Source of the DNA: Stegostoma tigrinum
Lineage: Eukaryota
DNA: 64,000 nucleotides
Assembly (NCBI RefSeq): GCF_030684315.1
Contig: NC_081393.1
Span: 14,503,479-14,567,478 of the forward strand
Direction: 5' to 3'
Both the position numbers and the translations under genes were made by a program. Below the pieces are notes generated by a model. That model was not told the DNA's origin and searched no databases. It worked only from the letters and a program-made list of their open reading frames with translations. Of the stretch, positions 1 to 11,630 are shown piece after piece (within the stretch, counting starts at the first letter, position 1; the number at the start of each line of letters is the position of its first letter).

Positions 1-1411
1 GTGTATAGGGACTGGACATCCGTGGTGATGAAAATGACGTGTTGGGGACCAGGGAATTGGAAGTTCTGGAGGAGGTGAAGAGCGTGGGTGGTGTCACAGA
101 CGTAGGTGGGGAGTTCCTGGATCAAGGGGGAGAAAATGGAGTCCAGATAGGTGGAGATGAGTTCGGTGGGGCAGCAGCAGGCGGAGACAATAGGTCGACC
201 AGGGCAGGCGGATTTGTGGATTTTGGGAAGGAAAACTCCCACTTCCTACAGACTAAGGGGCTAACTGAGGAGACATTCCACTCCCGCACATCCCAGATGT
301 CCTCGTTCTTCAAGGGCTGCAACATCACCCCCGCAGTGCTCGAGAGTGTCCTCGACCGTGTCTCCGACATTTACCACACCTCATCCCTCACACCCCACCC
401 TCGCAATAATCACCAAAAGAGAATCCCCCTAGTCCTCACATACCACCCTACCAACCTCTGGATACAACGCATCATCCTCCGACGCTTCCGCCATCTACAA
501 TCCAACCCCACCACTAAAGACATTTTTCCCACCCCACCCCAACTTTGTCTGCCTTCCGGAGAGACCACTCTCTCCATGACTCCCTTGTCTGCTCCACGCT
601 CACCTCCAAACCCACCACACCCGACACTTTCCCCTGCAACCGCAGGAAGTGCTACACCTGCTCCAACACCGCCTCCCTCACCCACATCCCAGGACCCAAG
701 ATGACATTCCACATCAAGCAGATGTCCACCTGCACATCCGCTAATGTGGTATATTGCATCTGCTGTACATGGTGTGGCTTCCTCTGCATTGGGGAAACCA
801 AACGGAGGCTTGGGGAGTGCTTTGCAGAACACCTCTGCTCAGTTCGCAGTAAACAACTGCACCTCCCAGTCACAAACTATTTCAACTCCTCCTCCCATTC
901 CTCAGACGACATGTCCATCATGGGCCTCCTGCAGTGCCATAATGGTACCAGCCCTAGGTTGCAGGGACAGCAACTCATATTCCACTTGGGAACCCTGCAG
1001 CCCAATGGTATCAATGTAGATTTCACCAGCTTCAAAATCTCCCCTCCCCCCACTGCATCCCAAAACCAGCCCAGCTTGTCCCTGCCTCCCTAACCTGTTC
1101 TTGCTCTCACCGATCCCCTCCTCCCACCTCAAGCCGCACCTCCATTTCCTACCTACTAACCTCATCCCGCCCCCTTGACCTCTCCATCCTCGCTGGACTG
1201 ACCTATCCCCTCCCTACCTCTACTCTCCTCTCCACCCATCATCGGTCCTCCTCCCCCTCTCTCCCTATTTATTCCAGTTCCCTCTCTGATGAAGGGTCTA
1301 GGCCCGAAACGTCAGCTTTTGTGCTCCTGAGATGCTGCTTGGCCTGCTGTGTTCCTCCAGCTCCACACTTTGTTACCTCGGATTCTCTAGCATCTGCAGT
1401 TCTCATTATCT
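1..1411 (+). mobile_element. Penelope-like element (family 1), 3' part with GIY-YIG endonuclease, frameshifted, with inverted 5' segment
   Basis: ORF 545-1093: FPCNRRKCYTC...NVVYCICCTWCGFLCIGETKRRLGECFAEH...LGTLQPNGIN (Cys linker plus GIY-YIG); RT thumb RIPLVLTYHPTN upstream. About 1-230 is inverted element sequence. 3' terminal repeat with hammerhead-like core at 1286-1313. Confidence 0.88.
1286..1313 (+). ncRNA. Minimal hammerhead-ribozyme-like motif in PLE terminal repeat
   Basis: CTGATGA-A-GGGT(CTAG)GCCC-GAAA-C-GTC; palindromic ACGT in place of helix III; predicted cleavage after C1313; helix I only about 2 bp. Confidence 0.6.
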
Positions 1412-2001
1412 TTGAGCGAAACTATTTAACCTTCGTAACAATCATGTCAACAAGCAGCTTTAAAATGTATCATTGTACAGAGTAGTTTTACAGTTTATTT
1501 TTCATTAGAATTCTAAAATCTGCATTTGTTTTAAATCGAGAAACTAAGGTGAACCGTAAAGAACTAAAGTCGCAGCAAAAAACAAAAAAGAAAGCAACAC
1601 CTCACAGGACGAAATGCATGATACCATTTGCTTTTTCGAAGCCGAGAATTCTACAAGCGTCTGAGAAATTTAGTAAATTCCCATTGGTATACAAATTTGG
1701 CGTTGAGAAAGATACGGTGGAAGAAAACGGTGCCATGTGTATCGGCTTTAACACGATGGGCACAAGGAAACGAGCGGACTACGCACTTCAAAATATGTCT
1801 CGCACAATCCCCAAGATTTTCACATTTATCCGCTTAATTCGCACCGTTTCCTATTGTTCAAAATAGGCACCTTTTTAAATGATCATTCCATTCCTTTTCA
1901 AATAAAAACACTTGTATTATTCTCTTTAAACTAGTGCGATTAACCTATAATTCACGTGATAGTCAATTTTATATTTCTGAATTTTCCTTACGAAGCCCTA
2001 C

Positions 2002-2305
2002 CAATGTTGCCCTCCACTGAAATCCTGGTCACTGCCCGACTTTTACTGTGAAGTTCAACAGCCACAGTTCTGGAGCAAACGCGTTTCCGAGCAGCTTCTG
2101 TTCCCATCATCAGCTCAACCTGATCGCGCCGCTTCCAGGGAGAGTTCACGGTGAAAGCCAACCTCCGTCCCCGGGTTTGTAAAACCTTCTCTGGGTCAGG
2201 AAATAAACTCGGCAAGCAGCGATCAAACCCGTCTCTGTGTAGCATTCGGCATTGCGGAAAATTCACGCGTGTCAGTCCCGTTAGAGATCTGAAGTGCAGA
2301 GGCAT
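2002..2305 (-). CDS. DGUOK: Deoxynucleoside kinase (DGUOK/DCK family) first coding exon; rest of gene lies left of the window
   Basis: Open frame ending ...MMGTEAARKRVCSRTVAVELHSKSRAVTRISVEGNI+G|GTAGGG. The P-loop start (I-S-[IV]-EGNI) is split by a phase-1 intron, as in vertebrate DCK/DGUOK exon 1. In-frame ATGs at 2305, 2245, 2110, 2107. An Arg-rich, acid-free N-terminus favours mitochondrial DGUOK, but DCK/DCK2 is not excluded. Confidence 0.6.
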
Positions 2306-2700
2306 TTTAACTGCGCTCTGACAAGTGTTGCTGCACACATAATGCTGCAGATCATGTTCTCGTCCACGATCGCTAGCTGCGTGAACGACTCCGCCAAAGC
2401 ACAGAGCTGTTCGATCACTTCGCTTCCTCTATGCTGGAAACGACCTCTTCACATAGGTGAAGCAGTTCCGGGTTAATGCAAATGATAATGTTATTTTACA
2501 GCCTCCGTCTTCAATTAACAGGTTGGATTTACATCTGAAGAGGATTTAAAATGGTTGACTGCGTCAACGCGCGCGAAAAAGCTAATTAAATATATAATTT
2601 TGAGTCAACAAGTTCTGTGAAAGTGCACGATCCCTTGACAGCTATCTTATTCTACGCCACCTTGGATCATTTGGTACAACCCCCTTTATGCCACCTTTAA
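2306..2700 (-). promoter_or_regulatory. CpG-rich promoter of the deoxynucleoside kinase gene
   Basis: CpG enrichment from about 1550 to 2700 in a CpG-depleted background; E2F-type TTTCGCGC at 2571-2578 (minus) next to TGACGCA; E-box TCACGTGA at 1952-1959 in intron 1. Confidence 0.6.
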
Positions 2701-2954
2701 GCGATTTCCAGGACTGCCCTTAGCCACAAACTTTTGCTTTTCAATCTCATCCGACAAAATGGCTTGAGATGTTGCAGCAAAGTTATGTTGAAGCAAAGTG
2801 TGACAATTAAGTGTATTGACATCCACTAACGTGGGTGAATTATTGCACTTAATCATTTAATATAACAATCATTGGAGAAATATCTCGTATGTTGAACACC
2901 ACAGCAAGTACAGGTTCTTTACAGACTCGGGTGGAGAAGTTAAAGTCAAGAACT

Positions 2955-4262
2955 GCCTTCATTGAGGTTGTTGACCTGCTCTCCGAGCTAGCTTTCTTTC
3001 GTTCAGACGTTTTGGCACCAGGCGAGGCCTCTGCTGAAGCAATGTTATTCTACTCTGCTTGGAATTGGTCAGCTTTTGTGCTCCTGAGATGCTGCTTGGC
3101 CTGCTGTGTTCATCCAGCTTCACGCTTTATTATCTTGGATTCTCCAGCATCTGCAGTTCCCGTTATCTCTGGAATTTATACTGCCTGGTTCACGATGGTG
3201 AGTAGTGCCATTTCCGCTTTTGATTTGTATGAGTTTGTACATAGGATCCAATTGTATATGTTTGTTGATAGCATTACAGGTTGAGAACCTTCCTATAGTA
3301 ATTCCTATGTGTGTCTAATGTTTGGCTTGGGCGACTATGGTTACATTCCCAGTTAAACTGATGGCCTTCATTGTCTGAATGTATTGAAATTAAGAAAAGT
3401 TTGTAGTGTCATTTTGCTGCTAGCTGATGTTCGTGTATTCTGATGGCTAGTTTCCTTCCTGTCTGTCCGATGTAATGTTTGACAGTTGTTGCATGGTATT
3501 TTGTAAACCATATTGGTTCTGCATGTTGTAGGAGTGGGGTCTTTAATCCTTGAGTGTTTGTCAGAGAGTGGCTGTAGGCTTGTGGGCTACAAACAGACAC
3601 GCACAGGAAACACAGAATTAGACCTCATATACAAACCCATACAGATCAAATCCTGAAAATGACACTACTCACCATAACGGACCGGATGGTATAAATTGCA
3701 AGTGGAGTAGACCAATGTCGTTTCATCGGAGGCCTCATGGATGAGGTTACCTCGCATGGTGACAGAACGCCTGAACAAAAACAAGGGTATGTTTGGCTGG
3801 GGGACTTGAGGCTGTTTTCATTAGAGAGAAGGTGGTTGAGAGGTGACTTAATTGAAACATAAAATAATCAGAGGGTTATATAGGGTGGATAGGAGGAGCC
3901 TTTTTCCTAGGATGGTGACAGCGAGCACGAGGGGGCATAGCTTTAAATTGAGGGGTGAAAGATATAGGACAGATGTCAGAGGTAGTTTCTTTACTCAGAG
4001 TAGTAAGGGAATGGAACGCTTTGCCTGTAAACGGTAGTAGATTCACCAACTTTAGGTACATTTAAGTTGTCATTGGATAAGCACATGGACATACATGGAA
4101 TAGTGTAGGTTAGATGGGCTTGAGATCGGTATGACAGGTTGGCACAACATCGAGGGCCGAAGGGCTTGTACTGTGCTGTAATGTTCTAAGTTCTATGCCA
4201 GCTCAGCAAGCAAGTCAACAACCTCAGCCACAACCTGAGCTACAAATCTTTGCTAACATTTC
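2955..4262. mobile_element. Penelope-like element (family 2) remnant with inverted terminal repeats, interrupted by a family-1 PLE end (about 3069-3170) and a CR1 fragment
   Basis: Minus-strand KHYIGQTGRKLAIRIHEHQLAAK (GIY-YIG second half). 2960-3010 is the reverse complement of 3768-3786 plus 4198-4228. Confidence 0.75.
3787..4197 (+). mobile_element. CR1 LINE 3' fragment
   Basis: LRGDLIETxKIIRGLYRVD...TRGHSFKL...FFTQRVV motif; tail TTCTAAGTTCTATG. Confidence 0.85.
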
Positions 4263-7029
4263 AAACTGTCTTCAGGTTTCATCTGGTCTTCAAAGTAACA
4301 TTATTTATTGAATATTAATACTAAATCCTGCTGTAGATGATAATCATTCACTTATCAGGCTCTGACTTATCGAAATGTTAGGTAAGGACTAACCTAACTT
4401 CATGTGTTCTCAAATTGTCTTCCAACAAGGAGAGAGTTCTCATGTAACCATAAATAGTGGTTTTTCCTCCAGCGTTCTGATCCAACCACACTCTTGGTAT
4501 TAAAACTTAGTGAGCTGCAGCTGTGTGATATCACCACAAAGTTGCTACTGTGTTCCAATCCCTAATACAAATTCAAGTATATGACAATTCACAGGGATGG
4601 TTAAGCAGGAGAGAGAGACACACTGACCATAGCTCTCCACTTGCTGTCCTGGCCAAAAAAGGTGTATACTAACCGAAGGTCCGAGTTTAATATTCGTTCA
4701 AGAAATCCTCATTAGTTCTTAACTGGTTAACTGCATGTGCCTTGAATTTCTTAGTCACTCATTATTCAAATAACAGGCTCAGGCAGTGGCATTATTTGCT
4801 TTTCATTGAAAATGGACATTTCTGATGGCCCAGAGAAAGGTGGGGCTCAACCAATTCTTGAATGGCTGGATTCCATGTGGTGAAGTTGCATTATTTACCC
4901 AATGGCTATGACTTGGACTAAGCTGTGACAGTAATACCGGACAAGTCAGATCCCAGCGTGACATATGGTTCATTCGTCTCATTTTTCAATTTGTTTACCA
5001 TAGTGGGCAGTCACTGAGTACGTTAGAGGTTGCGATGTACTTTTTGCAAAAATTTCAAACACAAAAATGGGAAATCCAAGCCATTTTACACAAGTGTAAG
5101 AACTGTTTGAATGGATTTTATGACAAATAAAACGTCAACCTTCCAGCTTCTCTGATGCTGCATGCGCCGCCTGGTCCACGCTGTGTTATCTCTGACTCCA
5201 GCATCGGCAGTTCTTACTATCTATAAATAAAAATGCAGATGTTTTACCCTGAACACTGCCTTACAGCTACTCACACTTCAATGAAATGTCACCTAGCTTC
5301 TATAGTTTCTTTTTCAGTTGACATGGGTGTGCTTGTTCTTTTGTTTCTGCATCACTTGATGTTGTTGAAATAACTACAGAGACCAGTATCCTATCACCAG
5401 GTCACCCATTGTTTACATCTGGAGAAACCTTGACACAGTCAGCTCTATCAGGGCTGTCTGGCATACCTCTTACCTGTCAGCCATAGCTCTCTGACTGGAC
5501 AAGTTTAACAGCCCCTCATATTCTATAATCAGCCATGTGGACATAATTGTTTCAATGACTGAAGTTGTCAGTTTTAATTAATGTCTGTCCACAAGACCCT
5601 GAAACTGATCATACTGATCACTTACTCCTAAACATGTATTCTATAAACACATTTAACAATCTTGCAGATAATGCATGCCTTTTGAAATTATTCCCTAAAC
5701 AGATTCTACTCTTAATCTTTCACACTGATGTCACTTTTAATTAAGAGGCCTGATCATCACCTTTTCCAAGCATCTTACCGTGTTGAAATATCAAGTACCT
5801 TGTGTATTTGATACCTTGCAGTCAATTCTTTTTAATGTTTGTCATAGCGTATATTTATGTTGCATCAAACTGACAATTCATGCCTTCCTGCTGCACTCTG
5901 CTTGTTAACCATGTTGCAAACCTTGACGACTGTCTTATCCTTTCCTTATAAATTTATCACTTCTCCCTTTGCTTGACCTCAAACTCCCCACACTTCTAAA
6001 ACCTCTCTACTGCCCAAGTTATACAACTCAGTGCAACACTTAAAAGTCCACTGAGACAGGTGAAGACCATACCGAAGGTATGACTTCCATTTTCTGCAGT
6101 AACACTGCCAGTGGCGCATGAATTGAAAAATATTTCTCTCACACCAAGCTTTGAACCACACATTTAATTCTCTGATCAGATTTACCCTTCACCAATTTAA
6201 GATGGAATGTAACAAATTAACCACAAGGAGGACCAAAAGCATTTTGTTTCTGATGTCGGTCTAAGTTTCCACAGGCAAAGCAAATATAAAAGGTTTGTGT
6301 TAACAAAGTGACATCTTTTGGCTGATTGTTGGCTGTTGGGATTTCTTCACAGGACTAACACTTTCAAAAGATCTACATTATGTCCATGCAAGAACAACAC
6401 AAAAATGTTAGCATTCAAATGAGGAAAAAAAAGGGAACAATTGTTTATTTGCCAAGAAAATTGTATGCCACGGCAGGAGGATGAACAGAAATAATAAAGA
6501 TGCAGTTAGTTAAGCTGAAACTATTTTTGAGGAGTGTGGAAATATGGTTGGATGTTTCATCATGGGACATAAACAAGGTACAGTACATTAGAATGAGAAA
6601 ATAAACTTAGTGGGAGATGTGTCCAATTGACATTTATAGTGGTATTGAACAGGGAACTACAGAATGGGAATTTTTGATATGTATTGGGTAATAACAATGC
6701 TGGAATAATGAAAATACAAATGTGTAGCACCTTTTGCACAACCATTGAATTACATTCAAAAGATTGCTATGAGCATTTTACTTCTCTTATCTATCAAATA
6801 ACCATTGAGCTTCAAAGTGTATGAAACAGGTTCCAGATAGGGAAGAGAACATTCGAGGTCAAGGGTGCGACATCATGGAATGCTAACATTTCACTGAAGG
6901 AATCTCAATTTTAGGCTGACAAAACAGTGTGGTGTAAAATTAAGTGTTGTCTTTCACCAGTCCAATTGTGATTAAATCTAGTTCATGCTGGGTACATTCA
7001 CTGTGGTTTGTCAAACAACACTGCGTTCC

Positions 7030-7177
7030 AGGTAACAAAGTATGGAGCTGGAGGAACACAGCAGGCCAGGCAGCAGAGGAACAGGAAAGCTGACATTTCC
7101 TGTTCCTCTGATGCAGTCTGGTCTGCTGTGTTCCTCCATCCCCACACTTTGACTCCAGCATCTGCAGTTCTTGCTAT
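7030..7177. repeat. Palindromic PLE-derived element (central core deleted)
   Basis: Inverted arms GAGGAACACAGCAGGCCAGG / TCTGGTCTGCTGTGTTCCTC plus a 3' extension CCAGCATCTGCAGTTC. Confidence 0.7.
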
Positions 7178-7250
7178 CAATATTGTATTCTATGAACTTC
7201 ACGTGAAAGAAGCGCACATTACGCAGATGTTTGTTGTAATCATGTTTTAC

Positions 7251-7256
7251 TTTATT
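7251..7256 (-). terminator. Candidate AP3M2 polyadenylation signal (AATAAA)
   Basis: TTTATT on plus, followed on minus by a GU/U-rich stretch about 30 nt downstream; would give a 3' UTR of about 2.2 kb. An alternative AATAAA lies at 6444-6449. Confidence 0.4.
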
Positions 7257-7753
7257 TAATGCTAAAGAATAACACACTCCTCAAGCAAAATGATCTGATC
7301 CTGATACAAATACACTCTGGAATAATATTACCCAATAAAAAATTGCAGCAATATTCATTCTGTTAAATATATCCAAATACTTAGAGAAAATAAATTAAAA
7401 CAGACTAGATTTGACCCAAATCTGCAAAAGGGGCAGATAATGAGGTAACAGCTTCAGCAATTTGGGTGTTTGTTATCCATGAATCTGCGTCACATCTTTA
7501 AATAGCTGGAACCACTTTGTTTCATTTGGACCTCAACACAGTAACAAGAGCCAAATAACAGAAGTTCAGCCTTCATGAGATGGCAAAGAAAACTAAAGCA
7601 CATGTCTATTTTGCTTTTCTTTGTCGTCAGTATATACTCTGATTTTATCAAAACAGTTAATAGTGGTTCAACACTGAAATCAGTTATTTGCATCAAAGGG
7701 GAAATATCTCCATAGCTGCACTTCAAAATGCTTGTGGAACAAAAATAAAACAG

Positions 7754-7900
7754 GAACAAAAACAAAGTTGCTGGAAAAGCTCAGCAGGTCTGGCAGCATC
7801 TGTGGAGGAGTGTGTGTTTTCTCCTCCACAGATGCTGCCAGACCTGCTGAGCTTTTCCAGCAACTTTGTTTTTGTTCTGGATTTACAGCCTCTGCAGTTC
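7754..7900. repeat. Perfect inverted repeat, PLE family 3 derivative
   Basis: 57-bp perfect arms 7754-7810 and 7821-7877, 10-nt loop, then a one-sided extension. Confidence 0.9.
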
Positions 7901-9444
7901 TTTTCATTTTTAAAAATGAAGTAAACATGAGTAAATAAAAAGTTATTGGGAGAACTGCAAGATTTATGTTCTTCAGTAACAGATTTTGAAGTTTAATAAT
8001 TCCACAAATAATTATTTGTGGAAAAATACCTCCGGGCAAGAGGGTAGATGAAGAAGAGAATTAGTGCTGCCCTATTGTACATAGCTGACTATTAGTACAT
8101 AGTTTTATGCACTGGAATTATAATCTCATCATAGTTAAATGATTGTTGCCAAATAATATTTCATTTTGAAGAGGTTTCCTGCTTCACCCACTGCCACTGT
8201 ACCTCAAATTACAATCCCAACCAACAGTCCCATGAAAATCAGGAAAATGCATATTTCTGTATGAGACAATCTTGCACGTGGAAAGTGTTGAAAATCAGGA
8301 GAGACTAGAGGGTGACAAACAGGTGTGTAAAAGTTGCAAACATTCACCATATCTTGCTTCATTTTTAAGGCTGTTTTAGATGTTGCTTTCAAATAGAATA
8401 CCAATTAAGATGCTCAATGTTCCAATCACAGATTATAAAAATCCTTCAATAAATTAAGTTACTTTGCAAATAATTTCCACATAGACATTAGGGGGACACA
8501 ATAGTTGGAAGTGCACTTTTTAAAATGATAATCAGCAGTTATGGTCAGGAGAAATAAACAAAGATAACAAATTGAAAAATTCGGTCCAAGAAATTGCCTA
8601 GCAGCAGTCTGTTGCATTGCAGAAAATACAACACCCCCCTTCAAAAACAAAAGTTAAACAGAGAATTCAATATTGCTCCATTACGTGGATTTTTGGTCAT
8701 GCAAGGACACAAGTAAATAAGGTTATGAAATGTATGGCTTCATGGTGTTTTTGCACCACTAACTATGCTACCTCAAGATTGGAATATCAGCTTTCATCTC
8801 TTGAGGAACAACCATTCAACAACTGAACAGCAAACAAAAAAAAGATCACTTGAAAATCAACATATTCTTTCGATGGGAAGTACCTGCACAAATTCAAATC
8901 ATCACCTTCATAAATCAGCATCCTCAGTGAAATAACAACAACATTACAATTAAAAACACCAAACCTGACAAAAGACAGTGGTTTCTGAGTTTGGCTGAAG
9001 GTGCAACACAGTAGCACTGTTAACAATAATACTGTATTTTCTAATTTGTATGCTAATTCTGTAATGCAAAACCAATACCACATAGCAAATTTTCAGCTTT
9101 CATCTTGCCCCAGGAACCTTGTGTTTCCCGTTATAAGATAAATATATTTAAATCTATTTTCTTTGAGTGTAAGGTAGTCGATGATAATAAACAGCATTCC
9201 TTAAGTGAGGAAGACTGAAATGAACTTTACAACAGGGCATATAAAGTCTAAACCATTCGCTCATGTCAAAAAAACACTGCATGTTAACTTTGAGTCAACT
9301 CAAAAACCCAAGTACAGTTAACAATGTAGGTTGGTTGTACTAATAACAACATAAAACACAAGAAAAATGGGAAGATTCAACTGGCAAGCACACAGGTGGG
9401 GAAGGAAAGTCTTACTGCTACAACAATTGCCTTCAGAATAGTTA

Positions 9445-9545
9445 TTATGTTCGAACTTGGAATTTTCCAGCTTTTGTCATGTACTTGATGCCTTTAAATG
9501 GTTTATATTTCTCACCATACATGTCCAATCGATTTACCTTCAAAC
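9445..9545 (-). CDS. AP3M2: AP3M2 coding exon 8 (terminal)
   Basis: AG|(G)LKVNRLDMYGEKYKPFKGIKYMTKAGKFQVRT then TAA TAA; 101 nt. Exon lengths sum to 1257 nt = 418 aa plus stop. Confidence 0.97.
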
Positions 9546-10143
9546 CTGAGAGAAAATGCAACACAAATCAGTAAGAGGGTTTATTCGACTGAGAGAAGAC
9601 AATCTATCTCAAAAAGGCTTAGTCCATAGAACTAAAACTGTATTTTGTGGATGACAGCACGCAAAATGAAAGGGATCGAAAGAAATGGAGACTTCTGGCA
9701 GTTGTAAATAATCTGTATCTAGTTCCATATACCAGCAGAAAACTTATTTTCAGTTGCACTGCAGTCATAATAAGTGATCAGAAATCAAAATGTCACACAG
9801 CTGTCAAATGAAACGCTGTTCCGAGATTGGTACAGCATCATCCTGTACCTGTATCTAGGTATCTTTGCACCCAATATGGCACCATAATTGGCAGCTCTGT
9901 AAACTTTTAACTGCACTCAGGTGAGTACATGTGATAATAAACCCAATTCTAATTCAAATCAAAATGTTTTTCACTTTTCTAACCCATCACAAACGTAAGT
10001 AGAATGATTAATGTTGAAACCCACTGCAGAATGCCTAAAAAATTCCACTCCCATTCTTTTGTTCTTTATTTGCTTCAAGACAAAACATTAGCTACCTAAA
10101 GAAATTGCACAAGTATTTATTATTTATTTCTGTAATTTCTTAC

Positions 10144-10288
10144 CTGAAATTGCTAGTTGTTGTATTTTGAACTGGATATTAATATTGGGGTTCTCATCAG
10201 GCTTGGGTGTCCCTGCCTGCAGGCTCATGGAGCCTTTCAGGCTTGGCAGTTTCTGTGGGTTAATCTTCCCAATATCCCATGACAGTAT
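10144..10288 (-). CDS. AP3M2: AP3M2 coding exon 7
   Basis: AG|ILSWDIGKINPQKLPSLKGSMSLQAGTPKPDENPNINIQFKIQQLAIS(G)|GTAAGA; 145 nt. Confidence 0.96.
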
Positions 10289-10679
10289 CTGCAATAAGAA
10301 GTTTAGAACAAATAACTGCACTATTACGGTTTTAAAAATACTCAAATGACTAAATTTGCAGCATTGAAGAGTAAACAATGAAATTGGAAAGCAAAAACTG
10401 AATCAGTAAACATTTCAAAAAAATCCCTTTTTCCCAGTTCCCACAAGGCCTAAAGCATAATAGGTGTGTATGGAAGAAAACTGAATGGTTACATATTTGG
10501 AAAGAATAATGAGGAAAGGCAAGTGCAGGAATTGATAGAACAGGGGATGTACACAAATCTTTGAAGTTGGAAAGTCACCTTGAGAAGATTGTTAAACATA
10601 CTGGCATCAAATACCAAAAGAAGGAAGCTCTGCAAAAATTTGGTAATGCAGATTCAAATTCATCTGGCATTCACCATAT

Positions 10680-11630
10680 GCGACTCTTCATATTATAAAG
10701 CAGTCTGTGTTCATTTGTCATAAGCCTTGGACTGCTAAGTGCCAAGTAACATTCACAGTATGAGTGTGCCAGGCAACATCTGTCTCCAACAAGGCAATCT
10801 AACCAATGTCCCTTGATAGTCAATATCATTCCCATTGCTGAATCCACCATTGCAACATGCTGGGAGTCTCCACTGCCCAGAAACTCTACTTGCTTAGCTG
10901 TGTAAATATTGTAGCTACATAAGCAGGACACAGGCTAGCATTTTAGTGGCGATTAACTGACCTCCTGTCTCCCAAAGTCCATGCATCATCTACAAGGCAT
11001 ACGTCAGGAGTGTGACGGAATACTGTCACTTACTTGGATGGGTGCACAGCCAGCAAAAAACTCAAGAAGCTGGGCAGCATGCGGACAAAACGGCCTGCTT
11101 CATTGGGACCTTGAACAGTCTCTTCCTTCACCACCAAATGCACAACTGCAGCAATATATACCACCTACAAGCTGTGCTGCATTAATTCACAAAGGCTCCC
11201 TCAACAGCATCTTCCAAACCCCACAACTACTGCTATCTGGATGATGCTGCATGTGAATACCTCTGCCTGCAAGTTTCCTTCCAAGCCACTCAACATTCTG
11301 CCAAAGATCCTGATGAGGTACTGAGGAAGTCATTCCAGACTTCAAACATTAACTCTTTCTCTTCACGGATGTTGCCAAACCTGCTGAGTTTCTCCAGCAT
11401 TCTCTGCGTTTGTTTCAGATTTCCAGCATCTGCAGTATTTTGCTTTAAAAGTTACTCACCATACTGACTAGGAAATATATCCCCATTCCCTCAGTGTCCC
11501 TGAGTCAAAATCCTTAATCTCCCTGCCTAGCAGTTTTACAGACGCACATACACCAAATGGATTGCAGCAATTCAAGGCAGTACACCATCACGTTCTCAAC
11601 AAAGCTAACCTAGTACCATGCTCACATCCC
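10680..11630 (+). mobile_element. CR1/L2-superclade LINE 3' fragment, interrupted by a PLE family 3 end at about 11310-11445
   Basis: Homologous to 22150-24260 (e.g. CATCTACAAGGCA, CAAGCCACTCA-CATCCTGAC). Confidence 0.7.

Noticed and set aside
39-1093. Intact autonomous Penelope ORF
   Set aside because: Frameshifts, an inverted 5' segment and a mutated YIG (CIG) indicate a dead copy.
1549-1866. Plus-strand ORF in the CpG-rich region
   Set aside because: GTG start, no recognisable domain, lies antisense within dNK intron 1.
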